64,000 bases of DNA from Haplodiscus bocki (lineage: Eukaryota): assembly GCA_965655095.1 (NCBI GenBank), contig OZ296650.1, forward strand, positions 97,960,001-98,024,000. Direction: 5' to 3'. Shown in pieces: positions 24,516 through 35,399 of this stretch. Within the stretch, counting starts at the first letter, position 1; each line of letters starts with the position of its first letter. Under the pieces are notes generated by a model, which worked only from the letters and a program-made list of their open reading frames with translations, was not told the origin of the DNA and did not search any database. The position numbers and the translations under genes are program-made.

Positions 24516-25823
24516 TAAGCACTAAAATTGGCGACTCGTTCGAATTCCTTCGTCAATCTAAGATACTTTAGTTTTTTATTTTTCACCCATATTTAAATAT
24601 GGAAGGAAAATCATCCACTCAACGTGTGCCTTCTTTACGTTCACTAGCCAATTGCACAAGATTTGGACCATTTTGAATTTGAAAAATTCATGAGACCAAA
24701 TTATAGCAAATTTGCGGTAGAATGCAAATGAAATAGTAGGGTTTCGTAAAAATGAACGAAAATAGTTTTTATAGTCAAAAAAGTTTTGATTATTTCGATA
24801 AAAACAAAATTGGGAAACAGTAGATTTGATATAGAACGCAAACAGAACAGTATTTTTCCTCAAAAGGCAATTTGAACAAAGTTGCATGGCGAAAAAAACC
24901 CCAGTGGTAGCCAGCTGTCGTGTATTGAATTAATTCTTGCAATAGATGTCTAAGTAAGTGGATATTCTTACCTCCGAATTTGCATTTTAGCCTCATAGCC
25001 ACAATTTTTCTCATCTCCAAAAGCAAGATTATTGCAAAATCAATCAAACAGCTTTCCATAATAAACATTTTGTCAATAATTCATGAGTGAATGGTTTGTA
25101 CAGCCTCAATTTGAAAGTTTAAGGTCTCCTTCCTTGAAGTCCAAATCATTCCACCCTTCACAGCTGATTGTTATTCGCATTCTAGAGGGTCTGTCAAAAG
25201 CATGACACTTCTGCGGAAGCGCTAGGGACTGTGCGTTATAATAAAATGACATGGTATCGGAAAGAAGTCCGGGTGGTCTACTCACTCCTTGAATCAAAAA
25301 CAGCATTTCGATTTTAATCTATCGCCAGGAATTCCATGGTAATCTTTTTTCGCAAATGTTTTTTTTCATGATATTCATCACTATTTTCTACTTGTTTTAG
25401 AAATTACGAACAAGAAAAAGAATTTAAATTCTCTGATGAGCAATTAGAAAATAACACTATTATAGAATAATACAAATAACACCAATTACATGTAGATATA
25501 TAATATAAATAGCACCATCAGAGGGGAGCCTCCAAAGTATGAAATGAAGACCCGACTAAGGGTAACAGCACATGATGAGCAATCTCATTGAAAAATTATA
25601 TTTGAAATTTGATCTTTTACTATTACATGTAGCATGTGTTTTAATGTTTTACGCTTGATTTTTATCCAAAAAATCAACTGTACACAAACCTGTTTCTAAT
25701 AATCAAATGACCAGCTTTGCAACTTTGTGACGCAAAGAAATATACCTAACAGCGTGATTCATTTGGTAAAGAAAAAAGGTTAGGTTGAGCTTTTCTGGTT
25801 TGAACAATAGATACTTTGCGCTC

Positions 25824-26010
25824 TGTTGTGATCTCTAATACTCGAACGATAACCAGAGCTAGGTAATCTTGAAGGAAACAATTACTTGCAAAGATTCAAC
25901 TCACTATATCTATATATTTATATATTACTGGCACGAACATGTCACTGAAAACAAAACAACACTTTATATATGATCAACCGTATCAACTAATAATAGATAT
26001 AGTCACCACA
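25824..26010 (-). repeat. 3' LTR (187 bp, TG...CA)
   Basis: Direct repeat of 29800-29986 with termini TGT...ACA. Confidence 0.97.
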
Positions 26011-26027
26011 CTCTCCCTCTTTCTTCT
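26011..26027 (-). promoter_or_regulatory. Polypurine tract
   Basis: AGAAGAAAGAGGGAGAG on the minus strand, immediately before the 3' LTR. Confidence 0.9.
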
Positions 26028-26089
26028 GCCTCGTACGCACGCTTCGTCGTAATGGTTGGTCAGGAATGTTCGATTGGCATGAATGCGTC

Positions 26090-28600
26090 TTAGCCTCGAA
26101 CGGCGAAGAAGGCAACGGTTGAATAGGCTGTCTGGCTGGTATTCGGAAGTTTCAAGGTTTCTGATTCATCGATTGTCGAAAGGCTACTAGTCCCCTGAAC
26201 GTCAACAGCTCTCTTCGTGACATCCGGTACTGAAGAGTCAGCATCATCAGGTACCAGTACGTCCTTCCCAGACCCTGATCTTCCATCTGTGCTCTCAGCA
26301 GTAGTTCCTCTCGCGACATATTTCGTATTCACTGTATCCACGGTGTTCTTGTCCGTATATGCCACTACAGCATGGTGAGGTGACAAAACTTTGACAACTG
26401 TAGCTGGCTGTACTAACGGATCGTCCTTAGAAGTCTTGTTGAAGTTCTTCACGTATATCGGCTCGCCAGCTCTCATCCAGGCGGGCGTCAATGTAGGGCT
26501 CAAACGAGTAGTCATCTGTTCTTTCTGCAGATCGAGTGATGATCTCCTGCTGAATCCAAAGAATCGATTATGAGGTGACTCGAAACCTATAGCACAACTT
26601 CCTAATGAACGAACGTTCACCAATGCTGCGGGTAACTCTTCATCCCATAATACAATCGACTTGCTAGACAGTTTTAGACGTAGCTTCACAGTTCTCCAAA
26701 TGATACCATTGACACGCTCACATTGACCATTTCCGGCTGGGTTGTACGGGGTTGTTCGAGTCTTCCGGACGTTCCACCGTTCCAGAAAAGATCTGAAGTC
26801 GTGACTCTCGAATACACTTCCGCGGTCAGAGTGCACCGATTCAGGTGGACCGAATAACATGAACAACTGGTTTAATGCTTTGATCGTATTAGCTGTAGTT
26901 CCCTCTTTCATAGCAAAGGCAAAAGGGAATCGTGAGAATTCGTCGACGACCGTCAAGAAATAACAGTTTCCACCTTTCGATGGCTTCTTAAGGCCGACAA
27001 AATCGATGGAAATCCGTTCCCATGGAGTAGACGACGTCACTAGATGATTTACTGGTGGACTGTGAAATCGTGGCTTCAGCTCTAAACACACTTGGCACTT
27101 CTCAATGTGTTGTTTCACCTTTGACTGTAAACCTGGAATATCAGCAATCCGCTGGATGAACCCCACTGTTCGGGCAACCTCAGGATGACCCATCTTGTCA
27201 TGAACTTGGGATAAAATATAGTCAATGTTTCCCGAAATAAATGGTTTCTCTAAGTCTGCATCGGCATAGGCGAATTCACGGCTCATGGCATCCGCCACGG
27301 TATTCAACCTTCCTGCTCGATATTGTATATCGAAAGTATATTCCGATAAAGCAAGCCTCCAGCGGCAGAGTTTGCTGTTCTTGATAGAGGACTTTGGCCT
27401 GCTATCGAAGAGGTATGAAACTCCCTGCTGGTCTGTAATAATTGTAAATTTCGACCCAAGAAGATATTGCCTGCATTTCTGTGTGCACCAGACTATAGCG
27501 TATGCCTCCTTCTCGATGGCAGACCAATGCTTCTCTTGGTCGGATAGTTTGTGAGATACAAACGCAACAGGCCTACCTTCCTGGGAGAGAACTCCTCCGA
27601 GTGCTGTACCAGAAGCATCGGTTTCCAAGATGAACGGTTTTTGTCTATACGGTATCCAGAGGATAGCTTTCGCAACTGCCTTCTTGATGTCATCAATGCA
27701 ATCAAGAGCGTCTTTCTGCAACGGCAATAGGCCATCCGTTCTGGCAATAAATAGAGGTTCCGCAAATTTTGAAAACTTCGGAATCCACTTCGAATAATAG
27801 ACACTAAGGCCGACAAACCTTTCTAGTTCCTTCATGGTCGAAGGGGTTGGAAAATTTAGCAATGGCTCCCAGCGCGAACTGTCGGGACTGACCGTGCCCT
27901 TGTGAAAGTGGTGTCCTAGAAACTTTAGGTCCTGTGTATTGAATTTGCACTTGGCCTCGTTCAGCACCAAGCCGAACTATTTCGCTCTTGCTATGAACGC
28001 TTGTAAATTAGCGTCGTGCTCGGCTTTCGTCGTACCTCCAACGACCACGTCATCGATGTCAGCTACAACACCGACCAAACCATCGATTATCCTGTCGATG
28101 GTTCTTTGGAAAGCAGGAACTCCATTCGTAACTCCAAACGCAAGGCGCGTAAACTGGTAAAGTTTCCCATTAGCTTCGAATGCCGTTACTGGCTGCTCCA
28201 CCTTCCGCAAACGCAACTGGTGGTATGCGGATTTCAAATCAATGTATGAGTACCACTTCCAATTGCTAACCCTTGAAAGCAACTCGTCTATTACAGGAAT
28301 CGGATAAACATCCGGGATAGTAAACCGATTTAGAGTGGAAGCGTAATCAATGCAAAGTCTCTTCTTGTGGTTAGCAGTCGTGCTAATAACCACCTGTGAG
28401 CGCCAAGGGGACTGGGATTCTTCAATGATCCCCGTTTTCAGCAACTTCGCTATCTCGCCTGCAATAAACTGCTTGTCTGACTCCGTCCTGAATCGGGAAG
28501 GGCAACGGACAGGACTTGCGTCCTCCGTCAAAGTAATAATCGGGAATGGATCAATTTTCACCCAACCAGTTGTCTCATCAGAAGACGAGTCACTACACAA
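26090..28600 (-). pseudogene. pol: pol (RT-RNase H-integrase) with an in-frame TAG at 27977-27979 and a mutated RT catalytic motif
   Basis: RT motifs RLCIDY, IDLKSAYHQ, RLAFGVTNGVPAFQR and DIDD in place of YxDD. RNase H ETDASG...EKEAYAI...TDQQ. Integrase HHCC (HDKMGH...CQVC) and D-D-E (SIDF, SDRG, GQCER). The two track ORFs are one frame: AAA TAG TTC GGC TTG. Confidence 0.93.
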
Positions 28601-29777
28601 TCAGAGGCGGTGCCAACCTTCCATAGTTTATCGTAAGTGACTGAAATTTCGCTAGGGCTGAGGACCCAAGGATAGCTGAGTCGCATAGCTGCTCGGCGAC
28701 AAATACCACTTCGGAAAACGTGATTTCCTTGATACTCATGCGAACCTTCGCTCTCCCAATGATCGCGAGTCCATTGTTTGACACTGATCTAACTTTGGAT
28801 CCCTTTACCGGCTTGTATGGTATCTGCTGCTCCTTGGCAAATTTCTTGTCAACCACAGAGATGTCACTGCCGCAATCAAGCAACCATGGCTTTTCAGTAC
28901 CCTTGATTAACACGTTCACGAATCTGCGTTCCCGCTTTTTGAAGGATAAACCCGCCACCACGTCTGAATCGTCGGATTGTCCAGCTACAGCAGCAACGTT
29001 CTTTGTAGACATGCATACAGCTTTTAGGTGACCCACACGCCCACACTTGTGGCATTTTCTTTCCTTGGCGGGACAATCAGCTTTGCCATGCAAGGTAGAC
29101 GATCCGCACCAGTGATAACGACGTTTGCCACCAGATGATCCTTCCTTCTTAGCGAACTTGGATAAACCCGGTCGGTGTTTGTTGGCAGCTACAGCAACTA
29201 ACTCCACAGGTCCGCTGGATTGCTGGGCGGCTTCCTCCACTTCCGCTGCCGAAACTGCATCGTCCAATGAAAATGCTTGTCCTTTCTGATTAGCTGCTGC
29301 GAATCCTCTGCAAAGGGCTCGTTTGGTTGTGTCCGTTTGCAGTCCTTGGCAAAGGGCGTCGCGAAGGGCCTCGTTTGAAATTGCGTTTGGAAAGTTGCAG
29401 AATTTCGCAATTTGTCGTAATTCGCTGAGAAAGTCATTCAGCGACTGGTTAGATTTCTGCTTTGTAGAATAAAGTTTGATTCTCTCGCATAAAATATTTC
29501 TGCCCGCAGAGAACTTCGATGTAACAAACTCCACTGCACGTGAATATTCGGTAATCCCAGCGTCTGTCTGCGCTTGAGTCAGGTCCGGCCATGTCACTTC
29601 GTTGTAAAACTTGGCTGCTTTGTTGCCTGCACATAGCAAGAATAATTCCAGCTTGTCGTTGTCATTCGGCTTCGTAACTTTGATATATCGCGTGAATTGA
29701 GATAACCAAAGATTGTAAGATTCCAAGTCGCCACCGTCGAATGTTGGAGCGTGGAGAGAAAACTTCGCCGACCTCAT
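28593..29777 (-). CDS. gag: gag-protease ORF of the gypsy element
   Basis: 394 aa. Tandem zinc knuckles: the first degenerate (YHWCG...H...C), the second intact (CHKCGRVGHLKAVC). Aspartic protease LLDCGSDIS...ILG. pol continues in the +1 frame at the stop. Confidence 0.9.
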   Translation of the reverse strand: MRSAKFSLHAPTFDGGDLESYNLWLSQFTRYIKVTKPNDNDKLELFLLCAGNKAAKFYNEVTWPDLTQAQTDAGITEYSRAVEFVTSKFSAGRNILCERIKLYSTKQKSNQSLNDFLSELRQIAKFCNFPNAISNEALRDALCQGLQTDTTKRALCRGFAAANQKGQAFSLDDAVSAAEVEEAAQQSSGPVELVAVAANKHRPGLSKFAKKEGSSGGKRRYHWCGSSTLHGKADCPAKERKCHKCGRVGHLKAVCMSTKNVAAVAGQSDDSDVVAGLSFKKRERRFVNVLIKGTEKPWLLDCGSDISVVDKKFAKEQQIPYKPVKGSKVRSVSNNGLAIIGRAKVRMSIKEITFSEVVFVAEQLCDSAILGSSALAKFQSLTINYGRLAPPLIV

Positions 29778-29781
29778 GAAA

Positions 29782-29797
29782 ACGTTCGTGCCAGTAA
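29782..29797 (-). promoter_or_regulatory. Primer-binding site complementary to LTR positions 29901-29916 (candidate self-priming PBS)
   Basis: Minus strand TTACTGGCACGAACGT begins after a 2-nt spacer beyond the 5' LTR end. It forms a perfect 14-nt inverted repeat with the LTR, extendable to 16 with one G-U pair. Confidence 0.75.
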
Positions 29798-29799
29798 AC

Positions 29800-29986
29800 T
29801 GTTGTGATCTCTAATACTCGAACGATAACCAGAGCTAGGTAATCTTGAAGGAAACAATTGCTTGCAAAGATTCAACTCACTATATGTATATATTTATATA
29901 TTACTGGCACGAACATGTCACTGAAAACAAAACAACACTTTATATATGATCAACCGTATCAACTAATAATAGATATAGTCACCACT
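29800..29986 (-). repeat. 5' LTR (187 bp) with TATA box at 29946-29939
   Basis: Direct repeat of 25824-26010. The terminal TG is mutated to AG. TATATAAA on the minus strand. Confidence 0.97.
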
Positions 29987-32579
29987 CGCTCATATACCGA
30001 GTTAAGATATTCAGTCGATAGAACACTGCGAACTGATCTTAGGAAAAAACTTAAAAGCTCAAGAGTGTAAAACGCATACACAATCAACACAATTAATTCA
30101 TCAAAAAGCTCTCCAGATGGAAGACAAAGAGCTTTAAAGGAAATTTGTCGGAGTACCTTTTGCTGTAAAACAAAAACAGTTTTCAATCTGTTTTTTGAAG
30201 TACAGCCAAAAATTGAGAGACCATATCCAACAACTGGTTTATAGTATTATAGTACCGGAGAAGCACAGGCCTTCCAACAAAGCTTAGACACCATCGATTG
30301 CAACAGCTTCATTTTTTTTTCAAAATACATACCGTTTCAAAAACCTCAGTCATATTGGTTGGAAAGGCAAACATTGTGTCATCACTATTATCAAAAATTT
30401 TGACACATTCTTTAAGCTCCTGTGTGGTTGGACCTTCAACAGTAGGTGCAGAGTTAACAGTCTTTGGTTGAACAACTCGGCAAAAATTGTAGCGGAATAA
30501 AAATTTTCTTTAATTTCTTTTTTAATATTCAGATTTGTTTCCACGCTTCTTTTACCTGTCGTTTCATCAGGCGTCCTATGGAACTTTTTTGGTTTGCTCA
30601 TACAAATTGAAAAGATTTTTGAAGAATGATTACATTTGGCTTGTTTAGAATTACAACTTGTTTTGTGACTGACTTCTAGGAGTCTTGAATTATTCGAGGA
30701 AGCTGGTATTTCTCTAAAACATTTCACAGCCTGCTTTTTCTTACTGATAGCATTTTAAACTATATTATTAAACCCAGGTGGTTTACATTTTTCCTTTTTG
30801 CACTGTTTTACAGAGCTGCATATTTCAAAACTGTTTTGCATGGAATCCAAAAACTTTTAAAGTTGCTCTTCAAGGCCATCAAAGAGATTGGGCGTTTTCA
30901 ATTCATTTGAAAGTATTTCCAATTAAGCTTGTCTTGCATTTTCTTTATATATAAATGCAAAAACTTTATGTTTAGTTGCAGTATCATCATATATCTTACA
31001 ACAGAATGGCAATTTCACGAAAGTGCCACAGAGTTCAGTTAAATCAGTATCGACTATACCACAGTCAGGATCTTCAAAGAAATGAGTATGAAACACACGA
31101 TCGATCAGTGTAGCCGAATTTATGGTAATTCGTATTGCAGTCGTTAGTAGTTGCGTCATTCCGTTATAATGCAATCAAAAGGAGTAAATACTAGACGAAT
31201 GGTTTCGTTTCAGAAGTTGAATATTCTTATCGCCTACGTTGAGAACTGGGGAGCCCATTGATATGGAAATGTAATTTAAAAACAATTCAATATTTATTAA
31301 TTTTAAAGAATGTTTGAAGGACGGAGGGATGTAGAGACAAACCACAACAAAACATTCTTTGCTTTCCTGATTTTATGACATAAGTTTGCTTTAGTGCATG
31401 TCATCTCATATTTGATGGATTCAAGTACATAAACGACTACACCGTCATTTTTATTGAATCCAGGATGGAACATCGGTAGGAAGTAAGTGTTTAGGTGTAA
31501 CATTGGAAGTTCGTTTAATTTTGACACCGATGCTTCTGATAAACAAACAACTGATGTCTTTTTATTGCCAAAAATTTCTAACTAAACCTCTAAATTATCG
31601 AATTTGTTACGAAGCGAAACAATCCTGACGTGAAAAAACCATTCATTGCTTTCTCTACTGGTTTCAGTGTCTTTGGTGAAAATGTTTTTACCTCTGTTTG
31701 TATATGTGGGTGGGGTCGTTTCATTTGAAATGTCCCTTACCGAATATGCGCAAAATCATCACGTACAGTTCCAAAAAATTCCATGGCTTTTTTACTTAAA
31801 CCAATGAAATTATTAAAAATATGCCTTTCATCGTTGGACATTGTTAGAACTACTTTTTTGTTAAACAGTATATCATATTTAAGATCGGGGCGCTGGCCAA
31901 GGGCTCTTGCTCAATTTGCCCGCAATAGTGTCGCAACTTCATTGAAAGAAGTTTATCTGGATGAGTTTTTCAATTTTTTTTCATGTGTCAAAACGCGAAT
32001 ATTGTTTTCACATCGAAGAAATTCTGCAAATATTGAGCGTGATCCTGGGTTTCTGGAGGGCGGGCGATGAAACACCTTGATGTCTTGTTTTGATTTAGTC
32101 ACTCCGAGTTCGTTTGCCACCTCCGCCACACGCTCATATACATCCTTATCATTTAATTTCTCAACCACACAAATGCGGATGTTGTTACGTCAACCAAACT
32201 GCTCATTTGAATCTGCACAAAACAAACTCGTAATATGGACGCTATTTGATGGTTGAGATTTTTCGCACTCTTCAAACCCCGATGCGGCGCAAAAACTACA
32301 TAAAAAAGGGCAGTCCATGAAGTTTCTCGGTAAGCGCTTTGGCAGCCATATAAATGTCCACGCGACACAATTTCTGCCGTCCGGACCAGTCCCAGTGCAT
32401 TGAATGAGATGCATTGACCATCAATATTTTTCTCATTGTCTGTCACAGACTTTTGCCGTACTTTGGTGGGCATATTTCCTAAATTATGTGAAACTGTTTT
32501 TTAATTTTATCACATCAATTAAGCAATTTTCCTAATCTTTTCTATATATTCTATCTTTAAACAATTTTATCTATTTTCC

Positions 32580-35190
32580 CTTTTTTGTTGCTCTTTTGTA
32601 AATACGTTTTTGATGCAATATGTAACCCATAACGATTAATGAAATCAAAAAACTTTTTGCCACCACCCCGTTTTTTATTCAGACACTTTGCTGTGGGAGG
32701 AGTTTTACCAGGAAAATTACTTTGGAATGAGAAACACAGACAAGGTGCGTGGATTTTTTACCGAGTCTCTGAAAGTAGATACTGAAGAATATTCAACGTA
32801 GGATATTCAAAATGTTCAACATAGGAACTTTCTGGAACGATGAATACCCAACAATGTGACACCCAACTTTCTCACGTTCCCTGAGCCAACCAACGGTTGC
32901 TTTAAAAAGGAAAGTGTATTGGCTTTGCAACAAGAGATCCTAAAGGAGGAAATCTCGAAAAGTAAACGATATAGAGTTGTCATGCAACGTAATCTCGACC
33001 AAGCCCGCAGTGAAGAGAAATTGAAAAATCCCGCTGTACTATAACCATCAATCTTGTTCCATGTCCGTCAAAAAAGTGGCAAGGTTGAGGCCACCAAATC
33101 TAGACACATGCGTGAAAGGGAAAATTTGAGTGCTTTACGGACCACTTTTGCAAACAAAGGGTTATCTATTTGTGTTGGATGACAACGCTTTTCCTGTTCT
33201 TGTCGAGGACGTTTTGCGACCTGGATCAAAACGTCTTGTCACAACGTTTGATAAACTGTGAGGAAAAAAGCAGTGAAAATGGTGTTCCCAGTAATTTGCT
33301 CAACAAGATCAACTCGCTAACGGTTGGTTAGGTGGCAGTTAACAGAAACAGCAAAAATGGCGACTGTTTCGCTCATGCAAAGGAGTGGCTAAAAGAAAAT
33401 CAAAGACTAGCAGCGCGCTTTGATAAAAGTACTGGATTTTGTATTTTGAAACGCAACTTTGCTAACAGAAAGATGAATGATGTTCTCAGAAGTAGTCAGT
33501 TCAAACTTTGTGTGAATGATGGCCGGAAGCTAGTGCTACAATAAGAAGATTTACGTGAACGGCGAAAAATAATGAGGAGCACTGGTAAAACCGAGAAGAC
33601 GTTCAAGGACTTCCGGCAGTGTGAGACTCAACCAGCGTGGTTACATGCTTTAGCTAAGGTCCATAAAGGTAAAGTAACACTGCGGTTGTTTATGTGGACG
33701 CCAGGATCAGTTTACTAGACATTTGCCAGGCAGCTAGTAGAATGGAGATCTGAGCTGCCACAGTCTTTGGTAAACACAAACGCCAAAGCAGTGGCGGACA
33801 AACTTAGTTCCGTTACGCTTGACAAGGATGAAATTTTAGAGAGTCTCGATTTTGAATCCCTTTTCACGAACGTGCCGTTCCATGGAGCAATTGATGCTAC
33901 TGCGGCGTTGCATTACGCGTCTTGATTTAAAATGCCGCGCGTGGACGAAACCACGTTCACAGAGCTTTCAAAATTGTTCACTGTAATTGCCCTTTTTCTA
34001 ACTGAGTCTGGTTAATATTGTGAAGCAGATGGTGTGGCTCCAGCAAATCCAGTTGAACGTATGTTGGTCAACTATTTCATTTCGCAAATCGATGAAAAAA
34101 TTAGCTCTATTTCGCGATTCGCGATTTTTTTCCGTTAGTTTGATAATTTTTTGAGAAAAATGAGGAAGGGTGGAAGGTCTTATTTGCTCGGTTTTTTCAA
34201 CACACCGCACCCGATTTTGAAAATCACTGTTGTGGTGGAAGGTTCTGTGCGTGGCATGTAATTTTGTCGAACAATACTGGTAGAATGTTTTCATTGTGGT
34301 ATAGAAGGGCGATAGACACGGTTTCTGTCTTAAACTACCATTCAATCTGTCCAAATACCTTTCAATCGAGTTTTGTTTCTTGTTTTGTTCATCGGATCTT
34401 TAACAGTGCAAGTCATTGGGCTCCGTTCCACGAGGGAAGTTTGAGAGCCTAGGAGCTTTTGCACGCGAACCATTATCCAAAAACTGTGATTCAGATTATT
34501 ATGAAAACCAAGCTTACTAAACTGTGTCACCTGTAAAGAAGCCCCACGATCGTCCTACCACCACGCGTAGTAGCGCATTTTACAGTTTAAAGCTCAGTTA
34601 TCGGGGAGTGCAACCTGAGACATTTGCTCCAAATCTGAAAAACGTTCCTGGTAACATCAGCATTTACTTCACTATTGATAAATTACGAAACCAATTAGGC
34701 TCACAGAAAACAGCTGTACCTCGTGGCCTTCGGAGCCACTTCGTCTATGGGATTACGTTTCCCTCATGTGGAGAAATATATGTCGGTCAAACAACTCAAC
34801 ATCTTGGCGCCTGAACTCGCGAAGATCAGTGCAGAAAAATTCTGAGTGGAGGTCAAATCATATCTTGCAATGGGGGAACCCGTGTTACTATGGATAATAT
34901 CAAGATTTTTGCACTGGAATTCCACTCGCCGATATTACTTGCACTGCAAGCAGTTTTTGGCGAATAAAGCCGTCTTTGAACAAACGGGATGATTCTCGCA
35001 GCCATACTTTCAATTACGTACTCTGATAGTTCCTGCACACACCGGGAGCGTGGTGATTTTTAGTTTGATGATATCAGTGGTAACTTTTTTTCACTTGTGT
35101 TTCAGAAATTCTATCTTTGTTGCTTTTTTGTAAATACGTTTTAGATGCTCGATGTAACTGATGATAAAAGATGAAACCGCAAAACTCATC
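32580..35190 (+). mobile_element. Decayed Penelope-like element (RT + GIY-YIG endonuclease) with short flanking direct repeats
   Basis: PLE RT motifs: RFDKSTGF (~33420), QPAWLHALAKVHK (~33630), SLDFESLFTNVP (~33845) and WY...DT...LNYHS...FVHRIF (~34300-34400). GIY-YIG: VYGITFPSCGEIYVGQTTQHL (~34745-34805). A similar ~65-bp segment containing TTTGTAAATACGTTTT occurs at ~32585-32655 and ~35117-35186. Confidence 0.85.
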
Positions 35191-35399
35191 ACCTTCACTC
35201 TCCTTTTCTGTCAAGCCGAAATTTTCGATAGTTGGGAAAACGACCTGAGTGAATCGGAAACAACAGATGCAATTAATTGCTTGCAAAAATTACTGTGCTC
35301 TTCTAATATAAATCTTGTCCCACAATCAGAAAAAATTCGGGTGCTTAGTGAAGAATTTGGCAATTTGGGAAACCTGCCAGACTTTATCAAAGTCTCCGG

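Larger units (their letters stand above)
25824..29986 (-). mobile_element. Full-length Ty3/gypsy LTR retrotransposon (Mag-like gag), 4163 bp, recently inserted but mutated
   Basis: Two 187-bp LTRs differing at 3 positions. 5-bp TSD CGCTC at 25819-25823 and 29987-29991. Polypurine tract present. Domain order gag-PR-RT-RH-IN. Confidence 0.97.
25450..32480 (-). mobile_element. Decayed CR1/L2-like LINE interrupted by the gypsy insertion
   Basis: ORF1-like RRM remnant (31953-32168: VANELGV...DIKVFHR...RSIFAEF). APE endonuclease remnants (GVVVYV ~31440; SATLIDRVF ~31100). Post-RT C-terminal motifs at 30000-30280 appear to continue at 25820-25600 beyond the gypsy element. The RT core seems deleted. 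Boundaries approximate. Confidence 0.7.

Noticed and set aside
27977-27979. TAG within pol as programmed stop-codon readthrough
   Set aside because: It falls inside the RT domain rather than at a gag-pol boundary, and other lesions such as DIDD accompany it. A nonsense mutation is the simpler explanation.
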